A stretch of DNA of 64,000 nt, taken from positions 1,054,001 to 1,118,000 of the forward strand of contig MU053472.1 of NCBI GenBank assembly GCA_013239625.1, given 5' to 3'. Within the stretch, counting starts at the first letter, position 1. Every line of letters starts with the position of its first letter. Both the position numbers and the translations under genes were made by a program. This document shows, in pieces, positions 50,085-63,384 of the stretch. Below the pieces are notes generated by a model that worked only from the letters and a program-made list of their open reading frames with translations, did no database searches and was not told the DNA's origin. Source of the DNA: Lama guanicoe (lineage: Eukaryota).

Positions 50085-50300
50085 GTAATAGCTAACTTTT
50101 GGTGGCAAATACCAGATGCCTTTTCTAAATACCTTGTGTGCTTATCAGTATCTATGAGGTAGGTCCTACCTCCACTCCCATTTTACAGATGAGGAAAATT
50201 GAGGCACAAAGAGATTAGGAAACTTACATAAGGTTATACGACTAGGAAGTGGTAGAATCAAGATTCTAACCCTGACAATCTAGCTTTCAGTTCTGGGCCA
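50085..50300 (-). mobile_element. MIR SINE
   Basis: cccattttacagatgaggaaaattgaggcacaaagagattaggaaactt is the antisense MIR core. Confidence 0.75.
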
Positions 50301-51074
50301 AGGGCCATTATATTCAGCTGCCTCTCTGGTTGGATCAGAGCTGTTCATAAATTATGGCTGGGTTTGTGGCTGATTTCCTTTTTACCCCTAGGACGGAGGG
50401 ATTTGCCTCCATACTCAGCATGGAGGTCAAGAGCCTGCCTTGTGCGTTATGGTGGGCCCAAGTTCAAAGAACAGGCAATACCTTTGGAAAGAAACTATTA
50501 CTGAGCCTCTCAGATGACACTTGCCACTTTAGCTGGAGAGGTTTGAACTTTAAGGTTCATTCGTCTCATTGGAAACCCACACATGTTATATCACAGACCC
50601 CTTCCTCCAAAAGCAGATTTCAGCCAGGTTATTCCTGTCTTCTCCTACTCCTCACACCATCTTCCCTGCAGCCCCCAGGGAGGGAAGAGGAGAAATGGGA
50701 TCATGGGAGGAAAATGGGGAGAGGAAACGTGAAAAATGTTGGCACTGAGGATGGGCGAGGGGGAAAGGGCCTTTCCCCTTGGTGCTCGTTCTTGACCTCA
50801 TCTGACTTCTGAGCCAGGCTTCCTCTCAAGTAGACCAGGGCAGCAGGAGCTAATTAATCAGCTAGACTAAATTTAAGCCCCAGGAGGCAGATGATGAAGG
50901 CATGGGGCTACCTCACAGCTGATTTTTCATCTCAGGCTGAATAGTCTCTTTCAAAAGAGGTCCAAATCATTGTTCTTTTCCTTTGTAAGACTCCTGCAGC
51001 AGCCCCCCGCCTTGGGCCCCAGTAAGGCTGGTAGCTGGCCAGGCTGGAGGCTGGAACTCATGGCAGGGAGAGAC

Positions 51075-51310
51075 GATAGCATTTATTCATTTGCTGAGTG
51101 CCTGCCGTGTGCCAGGCACTAACTGCTTTGTGTATCTCTCCTTATTTTTCTTCCTAACAGCCCTATGAGTTGGTTTTATTTTCCTTTATTTATAAATTAA
51201 GAAACTGTGGCTCAGAGAGGTTAAGAAACTTATACAAGCTCATAGGTCTAGAAGGGGGCAGAGCTGAAATTTGAACATCCAGACTATGATACTAGAGGCC
51301 TGTTCTCTTT
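51075..51310 (-). mobile_element. MIR SINE
   Basis: catttgctgagtgcctgccgtgtgccaggcact...gaaactgtggctcagagaggttaag. Confidence 0.7.
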
Positions 51311-51389
51311 CTACTCTACAGGCCCCAACCTTTCATAGCTGCCAGCTGGCCTGAGCCTCAGCTCTCCTGGTCCTGTTATTCCCTCCTAG

Positions 51390-51528
51390 GTTAATGGCCA
51401 CAGTTCAGGCTCTGATGCCCAAGGCAGGGAATCCCTCAGAGAAGACCTGCAGGAGTTCCTGGGTGGGGAGGTCCCGCTGCACCAGCTGGATGACCTCACC
51501 AAGGTGAATCCTGTGACGCTGGAGACAG
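51390..51528 (+). CDS. MYO19: MYO19 exon 4
   Basis: tag|GTT AAT GGC...ACA G|gtacgg; 139 nt; VNGHSSGSDAQGRESLREDLQEFLGGEVPLHQLDDLTKVNPVTLET. Confidence 0.93.
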
Positions 51529-51840
51529 GTACGGACACCCCCTCCTCGAGTGTGTGGTCTCCAAGAGCGTGGAGGTGTGATGAGGGTATTCAACACCGCT
51601 GCCCCTGGCCAGGCGGAGGCAGGCAGGACTCCTGACCTGGAGCCAGAGGGGCAGACCTCTGCCTGGCAGCCGCCCCCAGGCTCCTTAGCAGAGGCTTTGC
51701 TCCAGATGTGGGGCTCATCTTAATTAGATCTTGTGGCACTTGGCTAATTGCAGAGGGAGCACTGTTGGGCGGATGTTTGTCTGAATATGCAGTTATGTCT
51801 CCGTTTGAGCCAGAGTCTGCTAAAGGCACCTCTGCCTCAG

Positions 51841-51989
51841 TCCTGAGGTGTCTGCAGGCCCGGTACACAGCTGACACGTTCTACACCAATGCTGGCTGCA
51901 CCCTGGTGGCTCTGAACCCCTTCAAGCACGTCCCTCAGCTCTACTCGCCAGAGCTGATGAGAGAGTACCATGCTGCTCCTCAGCCCCAG
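51841..51989 (+). CDS. MYO19: MYO19 exon 5
   Basis: cag|TC CTG AGG...CCC CAG|gtaaga; 149 nt; LRCLQARYTADTFYTNAGCTLVALNPFKHVPQLYSPELMREYHAAPQPQ. Confidence 0.95.
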
Positions 51990-53347
51990 GTAAGACACAG
52001 CTGTTTCCTGTGGCCTCAGGGCTCCCCCTCCTCCTGTAGGCCACCTTGTAGCTTCCTAGTCCTTATCCATGTATTCACCGGCCATGCAGTCCTGCACAGT
52101 TGGCTGGTGCCATGGCCCTGCCCACCAGGAGCTCACAGAATTTTGGATGCATAACAGTAGGTGTATAGTGGAAGATAAAGAAATACTTGTTCAGCTGATT
52201 TTGGAACCTAAAATAGGGACATAGGAGAGATGATTTTTTTTTCTTGTTTGTCAACTTATTAATAGGAAAGGACTTACAAGAGGACATTTGTGTATTTACC
52301 AAACCACTTTTTTAGAAAAGAATAAAATTACATGAAATAAGGATTTCCCTAGAAAATTCGCATGTTCATCCCCACTGACAGGAACGAGGAATAACTTCTT
52401 ATGGGGGTGGCTACGGGACTGGTGCAGCCAGGGAATGGACTAGCTGATGTTAAAAAACAGGGAGAAGCAAGGCAGGAGGAGGGTCCAGAAAGCTTCTTCA
52501 CCTGGGGTGAGATAATTACTCTGGAAGCTGGGGGAGCTGGGTTCAGGAAGGTGAGACAGGAGACAGGGAGAACAGTTGGAGGCTTTGTAACAGTCCAGGT
52601 GAGAGGTGGATGGGGCGAGGGCAGGAGGAGAGAGGGAAGGTTCTGACACCACCCAGAATGATGCTTTCTCCCTTCAAGAAGCCGTGGGTAAGTGTTCAGT
52701 CCTGGCTGGGGGGTGCTGGGCTGGCTTGGCTTTGTGCAGGTGGCCTGGCTCATGCATGGTTAGTGTTTGAGTGGGAGCCAGGGGAGATCTGAGAGCCCAT
52801 AGATTACTGACTGTCTGTCTCCTCAAAGGTAAAGCCATGTCATGGTCCCCTCTGTTTCCTCAGGGCCCAGCACATTGAGGACAATTAATATTTGTTGATG
52901 GAAAGGAGAACGGAGACTTTGGAATTAAGTCACATGGATGCATTTTTTTGCTGAATGGCCTTGATAAGGTTATTTAACCCCTCTGAAACTCAACTATAAA
53001 ACAGGGTTAGCTATTCCACTAATGCACAGACTTCTTAGGCAAAGTTCTTGTGAAGTACAATTACATAAAATAATAAATAGAATAAAACTATGAAGATGGG
53101 AGGATAAAGTGTTAATGTCATAGACTGGGCAAGGCCAGCACTGCTTCCAGACTGAGAGAAGATGAATGGATAAAACCACCGTGGGGATCCCACAGTTGGG
53201 CCTCACATTGTTACTTGCAGGAAATTTTTCTAGAGGAAGCCTTCTGGGACTACTGTTGGCAACCTCCCCATCTCAGCTGTCATTAGATCAATCACTCCTT
53301 GAAGACAGGTGTTCTCTCATGTGACCTTTCACCCCTTGATGTTTCAG

Positions 53348-53461
53348 AAACTGAAGCCCCACATCTTCACTGTGGGTGAACAGACCTACAGGAATGTCAG
53401 GAGCCTGATTGAGCCAGTCAACCAGTCTATTGTCGTCAGTGGAGAGAGCGGTGCTGGGAAG
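53348..53461 (+). CDS. MYO19: MYO19 exon 6
   Basis: cag|AAA CTG...GGG AAG|gtagga; 114 nt; KLKPHIFTVGEQTYRNVRSLIEPVNQSIVVSGESGAGK (P-loop). Confidence 0.96.
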
Positions 53462-54549
53462 GTAGGAGGACCTCTTTCCCACCCTGTCAGCTTCGCGACT
53501 AGCTGGACGAGCGAGGGGCAGGGGGCGTTACTCCTCGAGGAGCCATTTGCTGCCTAGTCCTTCCCAGATAGGCTGGCTTAAGCCGGGAGTCAGTGGGTAT
53601 GCACTGGGCAGGAATTCAGGAGGCAGGGTTTTTGTCCGGGCTCTTCCACCGGCTCTGCTGTAACCCTGGGTGAGATACTTTCCTGTCTAAGCCTTCGTTT
53701 TCTCATTGAAGGGCTCTCCCAGCTCTGACACCACTGGAAACAAAAGTCAGCTGTTGGGGGTACCAGCATGGTGATTAAGAGCACATTGAAAGATGTTTAG
53801 CTTCTACAAACCTCAGTTCTTTCACCTGTGAAGTGATAGGGCAGGAACGGCCAACACCTAACTCCTGGGACTTCTGTGAGAATTAAATGAACCAGTGCAC
53901 AGAAGGCACTTGGTGGCATGCTTAGCATATGGCCCCACTCCTTCAAAAGGAGAGGATTTTTTGGGATGTAGACCACCTGTACCTCTGGGTTGCCCTCAAT
54001 GGCAAGGGCAGTGCATTGGGCCGACTGTGAGGAAGGACAGAAGTTCCTGGTGTGGTCATGTGGTCCCAGGCGGCAAAACCACTACAGGTGAGACAGAATT
54101 GTACAAGGATGCACAGCTGGTCAGGGGAGGCCACTGGCCCAGGCTTCGCCACCTTCTTGCCAAGGCTCACCAGCCACCCCACCCTTTCCTCAACGTTACC
54201 TTCACAAGGGATTCTTTGGACCATAAACCCTTTCTGCCTACACGCACCCGTGAGAGCAGTGCTGAGCACTGAGCACCTGCCAAGTTCTAGGCCCCAGGCT
54301 AGCCAGTAAGGAGCGGCACAGGGCGGGGACAGGGATGACAATGCAGCATCCGGCTTTCCGGGGGATCTTAGGCCCCTGAGAAAGACAAGGAAACATATGA
54401 AAGCAGCATGCTGTAGTGGTAAGGGCTAGGATGTGGGTGAGGAAGGGATCTCTGAGAGCTGTATCAAGGTAGCCAGTCCCCACCTCCTGGCCAAAGCCCA
54501 CTGTCCCCCAGAATTTCCCTGGGGAGCTGAGGCTGGGTGTGGTATCTTT

Positions 54550-56230
54550 TTAAAATTTATTTTTAATAAATAGTAATATAGCTACGTGGTTCAAAAATCA
54601 AGCAATACTACAAAGGCTTACAAAGAAAAACAGCAACCCTGCCCCATACGTCTCAACCCTATTCCCTCTCTCCAGAGGCAACTACTTTCACACATTCTAG
54701 CAGTTTGGGTGCCTGCATCCATATTTCTAAACAACATGCCTCTTTTATTAGTTATTGATGTTTCACTTTTGGACCTTATCTGTTAATTTCCTACTTTGAT
54801 GAGGATTTAGCCCTGTTTCCCTGGCCCCAAATACATAATGTAATTATGTCAGTTTCTAGGTAAGTTCTTCCTATTAACAACCATGTATGTGTTGTTCACG
54901 GCAGAGCCGTGTAATATACTATGATTATATTTCCCTTCTTGTACAATTTTCACTTTCCCTGTACTTAATAATTGCCCCCATTTTTCACTTGTTCAGTTTC
55001 TGTATACCTATTATTAATTCATCATCAAACTTGTCACCAAAACTGGACACCACCTACCCAACCGGCAAGTATATCAGGTACTCTTTGTTCTTGGTGACGC
55101 CCTTCCTAGCGCCCTCACATCTCCTGCTCCCATCTGGACTGGTGGCTGCCAAGGGCTGCTGCCACACAGCTCTTACCTGGGAGCTGTCTGCCTGGCTCTG
55201 GGGATCCAGATTGCCATCTGTCCTGTGATAAATCTCCTGTTGTTGGAGTGCAGAGGCTTCGTCTTCTTCCTTCACTGCCTTGTTTTTATGAAGCATAGTA
55301 GCTTCCTGACAAAGGTTACATGGAGAGCATATTTTGAGTTATTGCATATCTGACAATGTTTATTCTGCCTTAATTTGATATGTTGGCAGGACTTTATCAT
55401 TTCAAGTTGGAAATAATTTTCTTCCCATATTTAGAAGTTATTTCCTTATATATTCTGTTGAGAGTCCCAGTCCATAAATGGTGATTTGTGTTTTCTATCC
55501 AAAAATTTTTAGGGTCATCTTTTTTATCCGTAGGTGTTAAAATTCACAGTGACGTGTCTTGATATGGTCTTTTCTCATTTGCTTATGCTGGATACTTTTT
55601 ATGGTTTTGTTTTGTTTTGTTTTTTTACCTTTTTTTTTTGAGTTATAGTCATTTTACAATGTTGTGTCAATTTCCAGTGTAGAGCACAATTTTTCAGTTA
55701 TACACGGACATACATATATTCATTGTCGCATTTTTTTTTTCGCTGTGAGCTATTATGGGTCTTTTGAACCTTGAAACTCATGTCCTTTTGTGTGTGAAAA
55801 TATTTTTGTATTGTATCTAATAATTGAATAATTTACTCCCCTTGTTCCTTTCTGGAACTCCTATTGGTAGAAAGTTTAATTAATTGCCTAGAAAGTATCC
55901 TTATTTTTCTCCCCTATTCTATATTTGGTTCTGTCTTCTGGGAGATATTCTCTACCCTTCAGTTGTTTTGAATTTTGATTTCTAAGAGTTGCTTCTTGTC
56001 CCCTGAATTCCCCCCCAGCAACCTGGTCTTATCTCAGAGGTTCATTATCTTTGAGAATATTTCATGATTTTTGCTTATCTTCTGCTCCTCTCATTTCTGT
56101 TTCCAAAATTTATTTCTACTTCCTCCTAGTTCTTTTTCTCCCTTTGTTTGTGATATTTGTCATTCATTTAGTTTATCAGATAGTTATTATTCTTGAATTT
56201 CTATTCGTACTTAAGAATAAGACATTAAGC
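54550..56230 (-). mobile_element. Ancient antisense L1/HAL1-like sequence, with a younger L1 3' end inserted at about 55630-55752
   Basis: T-rich; ttgttcctttctggaactcctatt is an antisense ORF1-type motif; ttacaatgttgtgtcaatttccagtgtagagcaca is the reverse of the young L1 tail. Confidence 0.6.
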
Positions 56231-56359
56231 AACTGATCAGAATCTTTTATGTTTATGGATAGGAAGTCTCACTATCGGTAGCTTCCTAAACTTGTGGGAC
56301 CAGAAGAGTTTCTTCGAATCTCATCATTAGAGGGGTAGAAACTATAGTTAAGTGGAAAT

Positions 56360-58700
56360 GATAAACATTAAAAACACAAACAGCTCCTTCATGCTTATCA
56401 GCAGACTAGACATTCAGAATACATCAATGAACTTGAGAATGGGTCAATAGAAATGAAAAAACAGAGAGAAAATTGAAAAACAAAGTGCATCTAAGGGCTT
56501 TCGTACAGTATCAGGTGGTTTACCATACTTGTAATTAGTGTCCCAGGAGAAAAGAGAGAATGTTAGTGAGAAGTAATATCTTAGAAAATAAACAAAAGAT
56601 GGCAGGCACAGATCCTAGAAGTCCAGGAAACACTAAGCAAGATGAATACAAAGAAAATACATCTAGGCACATTATAGTCAAATTGCTGAAAAACGAAACA
56701 TAAGTAAAAAATCTTAAAGGAAGCCAAGAAAAACATACATAAAGAGAAGTAAAGATCAGATAACCAGCATCTTGTCAAAAATTGCAAGCCCAAAGATAAT
56801 ACAGTGACATCTTTAAAGTGCCAAAAGAAAATGTCAGCCTAGAATTCTGTTACCATCAAAAATATCTTTCCAAAATAAAAGTGAAGTAAAGATTTTTTCA
56901 GACAAAAGTTGAGAAATTCATTGCCAGCAGATCTATACTACAAGAAATATTAGAGGAATTTCTTTAGGACAAAGGAATATGAAACCAGGTGAATATTTAG
57001 ATTGATAAAAAGAAATAAAGAGCATTGAAAATGTAAGATCTTATTTTTCATGTATCTTTAAAAGATAACTCACTTCAAGACAAAAATAGTAATAATCTAC
57101 CATAGAGACACAATGGAATGATGAAAGTACTAAATTCAACCATTTTCATTTAAAAGAAGGAAAAAATACCAAAAATGACATGGAACAAATCAAAAAGAAA
57201 TAGGGGGAGAGTATAGGTCAGTGGTAGAGTGCATGCTTAGCATGCACAAGGTCCTGGGTTCAATCCCCAGCACCTCCATTAAAAATAAATAAACAAACAA
57301 ACAAACAAACAAACCTTATTACCACCCTCCCCCAAAAATAAAAAGAAAGAAGAAATAATGAGATGATGGATTTAAATCCAGCCATCGTGATTATTACATT
57401 AAATGTAAATGGACTAAACTCTCCAATTAAAGACAGAATTGGATTTCTTTTAAAAGGCAAAACTTACGTTGTATGATGTCTTTAAGAAACCCACTGTAAA
57501 GACATAGATATGTTCAAAGGAAGAGAATGGGAAAAGATACACCATTCCAACGCTTATCAAAGGAAAGCAGAAGTAACTATACATTAATACACAAAGCAAA
57601 AAAACAATTGAAAGGAGAAGTAAATAAAATCAAAATTAATAGTTTGAGATTTGCATATTTTTTTGAGTACACATGGAACTCAAGTGTAACATTCACCAAT
57701 ATGGACTGTCTTCTGAGCCACAAAACAAATCTGTCTGAAAAGATTAAGATACAAACTATGTTCCCATCCCAAGTAGAACTGAACTAGAAATAAATAACAA
57801 AGATACCTGGAAAATCCCAAAGCACTTGGAAATTAACACCCTTCTAAGTATCCTGTGGGTCAAAGAAGTAATCACAAGGGATATTAGAAAACACTTTGAA
57901 TTGCATGAAAATGAAAGCACAACATATCAAAATTTGTGCTTAAAGAAAAAGCAGTGCCTAAAGGGAAATTTATTGTAGTGTTAGATGCTTATATTAGAAA
58001 AGAATAAACTCAAGTCATTGCTTTGAGCTTCTGCTTATTTAAGAGGAAAAAAGAATAAAGTAAAACCAAAGTAAGCAGAAGAAGAAAATAAAGTGGACAA
58101 AAAAACGGTAAAATAGAAACAAAAATAATAAAGTAAGTGAAATCAGTAACTCTTTTAGAAGATTAATAAAATTAATAACCCACTAGTTAAATTTAAAGAG
58201 AGAAAAAGACAAATTATGAATGTCAGAAAATAAAAGAATAGACATCACTAAAGGTCCTATAGATGAGAGATTTTATTAACTTTATCAATAAATTCTACAA
58301 TTTAATGAAAAGGAGAAATATTTTGAAATACACAAACTGCTGAAGCTCACACAAGAAGAAATATATAACCTGAATATCTAAGTATATGAAAGAGGTTTAA
58401 GTCATAGTTAAAAACCTTTTCTCGTAGAAAGCTCCAGGCCCAGGTAGCTTCACTTTGTGGATTCTACCTGGTATTTAAGGAAGTAATGTTACCAATTCTG
58501 TACAGATTCTTTTCAGAAAATAGAAGAGAGGGAACACCTCCCACCTCAGAGAAAGACCTCAAAGAATTTACCAAAAGAGCTACACCTAAAAAGTTGTGAG
58601 GTGTAGAGAATTTATCGGGTAATAGGATAGAGTCCAATATATAGAAATTAATTGTGTTTCTCTGTCTTAGCAACGAACAAGTGGAAATAAAATGAAAAGA
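56360..58700 (+). mobile_element. Degenerate LINE-1 (ORF1 to ORF2 endonuclease region)
   Basis: A-rich; acatctaggcacattatagtcaaattgctgaaaa (ORF1), ttacattaaatgtaaatggactaaactctccaattaaaga (ORF2 start), ctccaggcccaggtagcttcact. Confidence 0.85.
57203..57345 (+). mobile_element. Vic-1-like tRNA-derived SINE inserted in the old L1
   Basis: gggggagagtataggtcagtggtagagtgcatgcttagcatgcacaaggtcctgggttcaatccccagcacctccatt, then (aaac)n and ccctcccccaaaaa. Confidence 0.9.
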
Positions 58701-59243
58701 GACCTCTCAGCTGATTAAAAACAAAGCAGAATTTTATAATTAGATTGCCTGGGTTGAAATCAGAGCCTTATCACTTATTAGAAATGTAATCTTCACTAAA
58801 ATTTGAATTTTTTCTATGCCTCAGTTTCATCATTTTGAAAATGGGCAGTATGTAATTGCACCTGCATCTGTAGAGTTAGTAAGAAAGTGCATAGAAAGTG
58901 TCCTTAGCTCAGCACCTGCCACAGGGTAATCAGTATTAGCTGAGAGCCTCAGAGACACTGAGTAGCCTGCTTAGATCAGAAGGTCACAGTGGGTTTCCTT
59001 CTCTACCCCAGCCCCTCTCTTTTCTTAAATGCATCTAGAGGCTGGGAGAAGCAGAAGAAAGCATCCCCATCTCACAGATAGGAGAAGTGCCTCACCCAAG
59101 GACACAGTTGAATTCAGCGGTCACCCCTTGGTCAGCAACACAAATGGCGGAGAAGAGGGCGCTGGTGGGCGCCATTCCCTTGGGCAGGCCCAGAAGTGGG
59201 AGGGAACAGGGACACAGCTCCCACAGGACCGTTTCTGCCGCAG

Positions 59244-59376
59244 ACATGGACGTCCCGCTGCCTGATGAAGTTCTACGCTGTGGTGGCCGCCTCGCCCACG
59301 TCCTGGGAGAGCCACAAGATTGCAGAGAGGATCGAACAGCGAATCTTGAACTCTAACCCTGTCATGGAAGCTTTTG
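59244..59376 (+). CDS. MYO19: MYO19 exon 7
   Basis: cag|ACA TGG ACG...TTT G|gtgagc; 133 nt; TWTSRCLMKFYAVVAASPTSWESHKIAERIEQRILNSNPVMEAF. Confidence 0.96.
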
Positions 59377-59986
59377 GTGAGCTTGGTGTCCTCTGCACAG
59401 CACCTTTGTCCCATTTCCTCTGGGGTTTGTCACCTTCCAGGGAGAGGAGCAGTCTCTCTTGGGATCGGAAGATAGTGTATCACTCACTGCCTTAGATCCC
59501 CAGCCTCCTCCCAGGTGCCCGTAGCATCCTTCCACTAGAGGTGGTGTCCCTCTGTCAGCCCCTTCCTTTAGCCTAAGCAGATGTAGCAGTGGTGCTGGGG
59601 AGGACCCTGTGGCTCTCCCAGTTCAAATCCCATCCTTCTGAACAGTTTCCTGATGGTTCCGAGAAGGAGACTTGTCCAAGGATGCACAGGTAGTGTCCAC
59701 GTTGGTACTCTAGGTGTTGCGTTTTGCTGTCTGCCTCAGTAGTAACAGCTTGTTTTTGATCTCTTCCCTTCGAAGAAAACAGTCCCTGACTGCCTGAATT
59801 TGCTCATTCCAATTCATTACCAGGCAGCTCTAGCTGTACTGAATCACACTTGCCCTAGTCCTGTCCCCTGTGACATGGAAACCAACAAAGGGGCCTTTAG
59901 GTGACTTGAGGGTAGAGGCATGGCCCCAGCAGACCCGTAGCCACCTTGGCCCATGAGGACACTGTGAACGTGGGTGTGGTCTGTAG

Positions 59987-60056
59987 GGAATGCGTGCACC
60001 TTGAGGAACAACAACAGTAGCCGCTTTGGGAAGTTCATCCAACTCCAGCTGAACAG
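59987..60056 (+). CDS. MYO19: MYO19 exon 8
   Basis: tag|GG AAT GCG...AAC AG|gtaatt; 70 nt; GNACTLRNNNSSRFGKFIQLQLN (switch I). Confidence 0.95.
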
Positions 60057-60614
60057 GTAATTGCTGCTGCCGCCCTGGCTGATGCGGGTGTGGGGAGGTT
60101 GAAAGTGCCTAGGGCAGTCTCCAGCCTGGGCCACCCCTGTGGGCAGAACCCAGCTCCTCTTAGCATGTTTGCATGTGGGATAAGTGAACTGGAGGGTGTT
60201 CTTCAAACCTGGAGAACTACAGCTACTCCGTCTGGCCTTAGGATCCCTGGTAGTATGCTTGTCACAGCCTGTGTGTTCTGGCTTCCACTTTTGCTCAGAG
60301 ACTTCTAGTTAAACTGCCACCTCTCTGGGCCACACCTCTGACCTTGAAGCTAGGGCTTCTAATCTGGTCTTGGGATGGGGCACAGTGATGTACAGAGGCC
60401 TTGGTTCTGCCCTCTTAAGCTGGTTGCAGGGGGATGTCCCAGACCCCCTCCCCCCCCCCCGCCTCTTGCCAAGGACCTGCTGAGTTGTCCCTGGTCCTCT
60501 TGACCCCTGTTGACTAAGTAGAAGAGCTTGAGGGGAGGCTGCAGCCTGGCACACAGGAAGTGCCCAATGACTATGGAATGAACAGCTAATGGGCTCCAGC
60601 CTGCTTGTGCCCAG

Positions 60615-60717
60615 GGACCACCAGATGACCGGAGCTGCAATTCAGACCTACCTCCTAGAGAAAACTCGAGTGGCCTGCCAGGACTCCACTGAGAGGAACT
60701 TCCACATCTTCTATCAG
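60615..60717 (+). CDS. MYO19: MYO19 exon 9
   Basis: cag|G GAC CAC CAG...TAT CAG|gtctgt; 103 nt; DHQMTGAAIQTYLLEKTRVACQDSTERNFHIFYQ. Confidence 0.95.
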
Positions 60718-61357
60718 GTCTGTACCAGGCGGGGCCTGCAGCTGCCCAGATGCAGGGCGGAGATGGGTCTGTGCCTCTGTCTTCCCCTCCCCGCCTTGCT
60801 TCGTGTCTGCCTCTTCGCCTGGTGCTCAGTGATGCCAGCCCCTATTCCTGCAAACTGTATGTGACACTTCTGCCACACTGGACCTTGCCCCCTGGGATGG
60901 TTTTGGCGTGGGGATGTGCTTGCCTTCTCTATGTGATCAGACTGTCTCTACAGTGGAAGCTGTCACCCTCAGACAGGGCTGTCCTCAGATGGCAACTCTC
61001 TCCCCCAACAGAGCACGGACTTCCCTAGACAGTGCCTCCTCCATCAGACTAGGGGTCCCCCAAGGCATGGATGGTATGTCCTCCTGCTCTCAGACTGGGA
61101 CTAGGGGCTCCCCAGACAGAGTTGTGCTTCCTTTATCAGACAACAGGCCCCCTCCATGAGTTTTTGCACTGGGTTGGAGACACCCAGAACTGTTGCCTGC
61201 TGCTTTTGCCCCTGGGCCTGCCCTGGGCTCTCTACAAGGACCTCTTAGCCTTGTGGTGCTGCTGCCGTTCCTCACTGCTCTCATCCCAGCCCCAGGCTTG
61301 TGCAGGCCCAGGCTTCCCCAGAACCCCCAGCTCAGCCCCCTGCCCCGACTCCCACAG

Positions 61358-61454
61358 ATCTGCAAAGGAGCCAGTTCGGATGAGAGGCTCCAGTGGCACC
61401 TCCCCGAGGGAGCTGCCTTCTCCTGGCTGCCCAACCCAGAGAGGACCTTGGAAG
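61358..61454 (+). CDS. MYO19: MYO19 exon 10
   Basis: cag|ATC TGC AAA...GAA G|gtatgg; 97 nt; ICKGASSDERLQWHLPEGAAFSWLPNPERTLE. Confidence 0.94.
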
Positions 61455-61599
61455 GTATGGGGAGCCTTACCCAGCACCCTGGGCTGGCCCAGCAGCACCC
61501 ACCCATCCCACCAAGGCCTGCCTGTCTCATCCCTCACTGCCCCCCGCCCCATATTACCACTGGTCCTGACACTGGGCTGTGACTTGGATTCCTTTTCAG

Positions 61600-61676
61600 A
61601 GGATTGTTTCGAAGTGACCAGGGAGGCCATGCTTCATTTGGGCGTCGATGCCCCCACCCAGAACAACATCTTTCAG
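61600..61676 (+). CDS. MYO19: MYO19 exon 11
   Basis: cag|AG GAT TGT...TTT CAG|gtcaga; 77 nt; EDCFEVTREAMLHLGVDAPTQNNIFQ. Confidence 0.94.
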
Positions 61677-63384
61677 GTCAGAGGAAAAGCCACACCACTT
61701 ACATGTGGCAGCGGTGATGGGCAGCCCCTTTCATAGAGCCCTACTCTCAACTCGTCAGTGTCTTTTCTTGAGGATCTAGGACTTTAGGCCCCGCTGCACA
61801 ATCTCCAAGGAGTCAACCACCTGTCTGTGCAGCTGAGCCTGGAGACAAGGTGTCAGGGTAGACAGGGCATAGAGAACAATGACAGAGCACATAGTGCTAT
61901 AGAATAGACTAGCACAGTGATCCACGGCGGTCGGAGGGCAAGGTGCCTGGGTCAGTTACTACTGCAGTCATCAGAATAGAAAAGTAATGCTGCCATGTGT
62001 TTGTCTAGTGCGTTAAAATTTTTAAATCACGTTCTTAGCTCACCTCTTAGCTCACTTGGCTTTTTCAGCAGCCCTATGGGTGTGGAGATTACTCCCATGT
62101 TATGCTGGAGAACACTAGAGCCCTGCCTGTGGCCAGCAGTACTAAGTTGTACAGAGAGTGTTCGTGCTGGATGTAGGGATTCCGACTTGCTGCCTTCCCC
62201 TCCCTCCTCTTGGGACCCAGTGCTGACCCAGGCGAGCCAGGCCCCGGGCCTCAGTCATCCCCACTATGGGCTCCCTTCTCCCATTTGTCTTTGGCTCCCC
62301 ACTCACCACCTCCCCTGCAGACCAGCAGGAGGGGATCTATAGGATGGGCTGGCAGCAGAGACAGGGACGCCACTGCAGGGAAATGGCAGTGCAGTGCAAA
62401 GTAACCCCCACCTCCATATGGGGGCTTCTCAGGCAGTAGGGGGTGACCACAGCCAGTACAGTCACCACCAGCCAAGAGCTTGGCCAGAGGGACAGCACAT
62501 GGGACAGCCCAGGGCAAGTGGACAGCACTAGGAGTCCAGACAGGAGTGCTGACTTGGGGGTGGCATGAGTCTCCGCCCCAGCCACACTGCCCATCGGGCA
62601 TGGCAGTCTTCTGAGGTGGGTTGTGGCCTGAAAGGCAACAGCATGTGGACATACCCTTTCTGGGACAAGACAGGGTTGGTAGGAGAGACCCTGGCTCTGC
62701 CAGTACCGGGTCCAAAGGTTTCCAAGTTGCTGGACCCAGGGTTTCCCTATTCTACAGGCCCTGGGAGCTCATCCATGTGGATCATTGAGTGCTAAGGCAA
62801 GGGAGCACCCGGAGCACCCACTGTACAGAGACCAAGACCAAAGAGCCTCCCCTAGGCTGGGCCTGAACACCCAGTGGTGCTGAGAAAGGGCCTAAGGGAG
62901 CAGAGCCAAGCCCCCACCAGTTACACAGAGGTAGACCCTGTTCCGCAAAGGACAGGAGCGGCGTTCCCACACAGTCTGCTCCTGGAGCTAGGGAGGCAGA
63001 GGGACAGACTGGGTGACATGGAGGCCCCCCTGGCTGCGCCAGGAGGGATCTGAAGGCAGACTGCCCGGTTTCTCAAACCGCCTTTCTCCTTTACCAAGTG
63101 TGTGGCCTCAGGCTTGTGATGTAACGTCTCCCCCGTCTGGTCTCTATTAGGGGCATCATCACAGCACATGCCTCCTTGTTTGTTGAAAAGATTGCACGAG
63201 ATGATGCCTATAGCTTGTGTAGAATCATGCCTGGCCAAGTCGTGGAGTAAATGGGCAGTAATTGAGAGCTACCGTTACTATCCTGTTATCACGATTATAC
63301 TCAGCAGGAGACAGACCTTTCCCAGGCTGGGCTCCAGCCCTTGAGAAGGTGCCCACTTTGTGTCTTCTGCCCCCCCCCCCCCAG

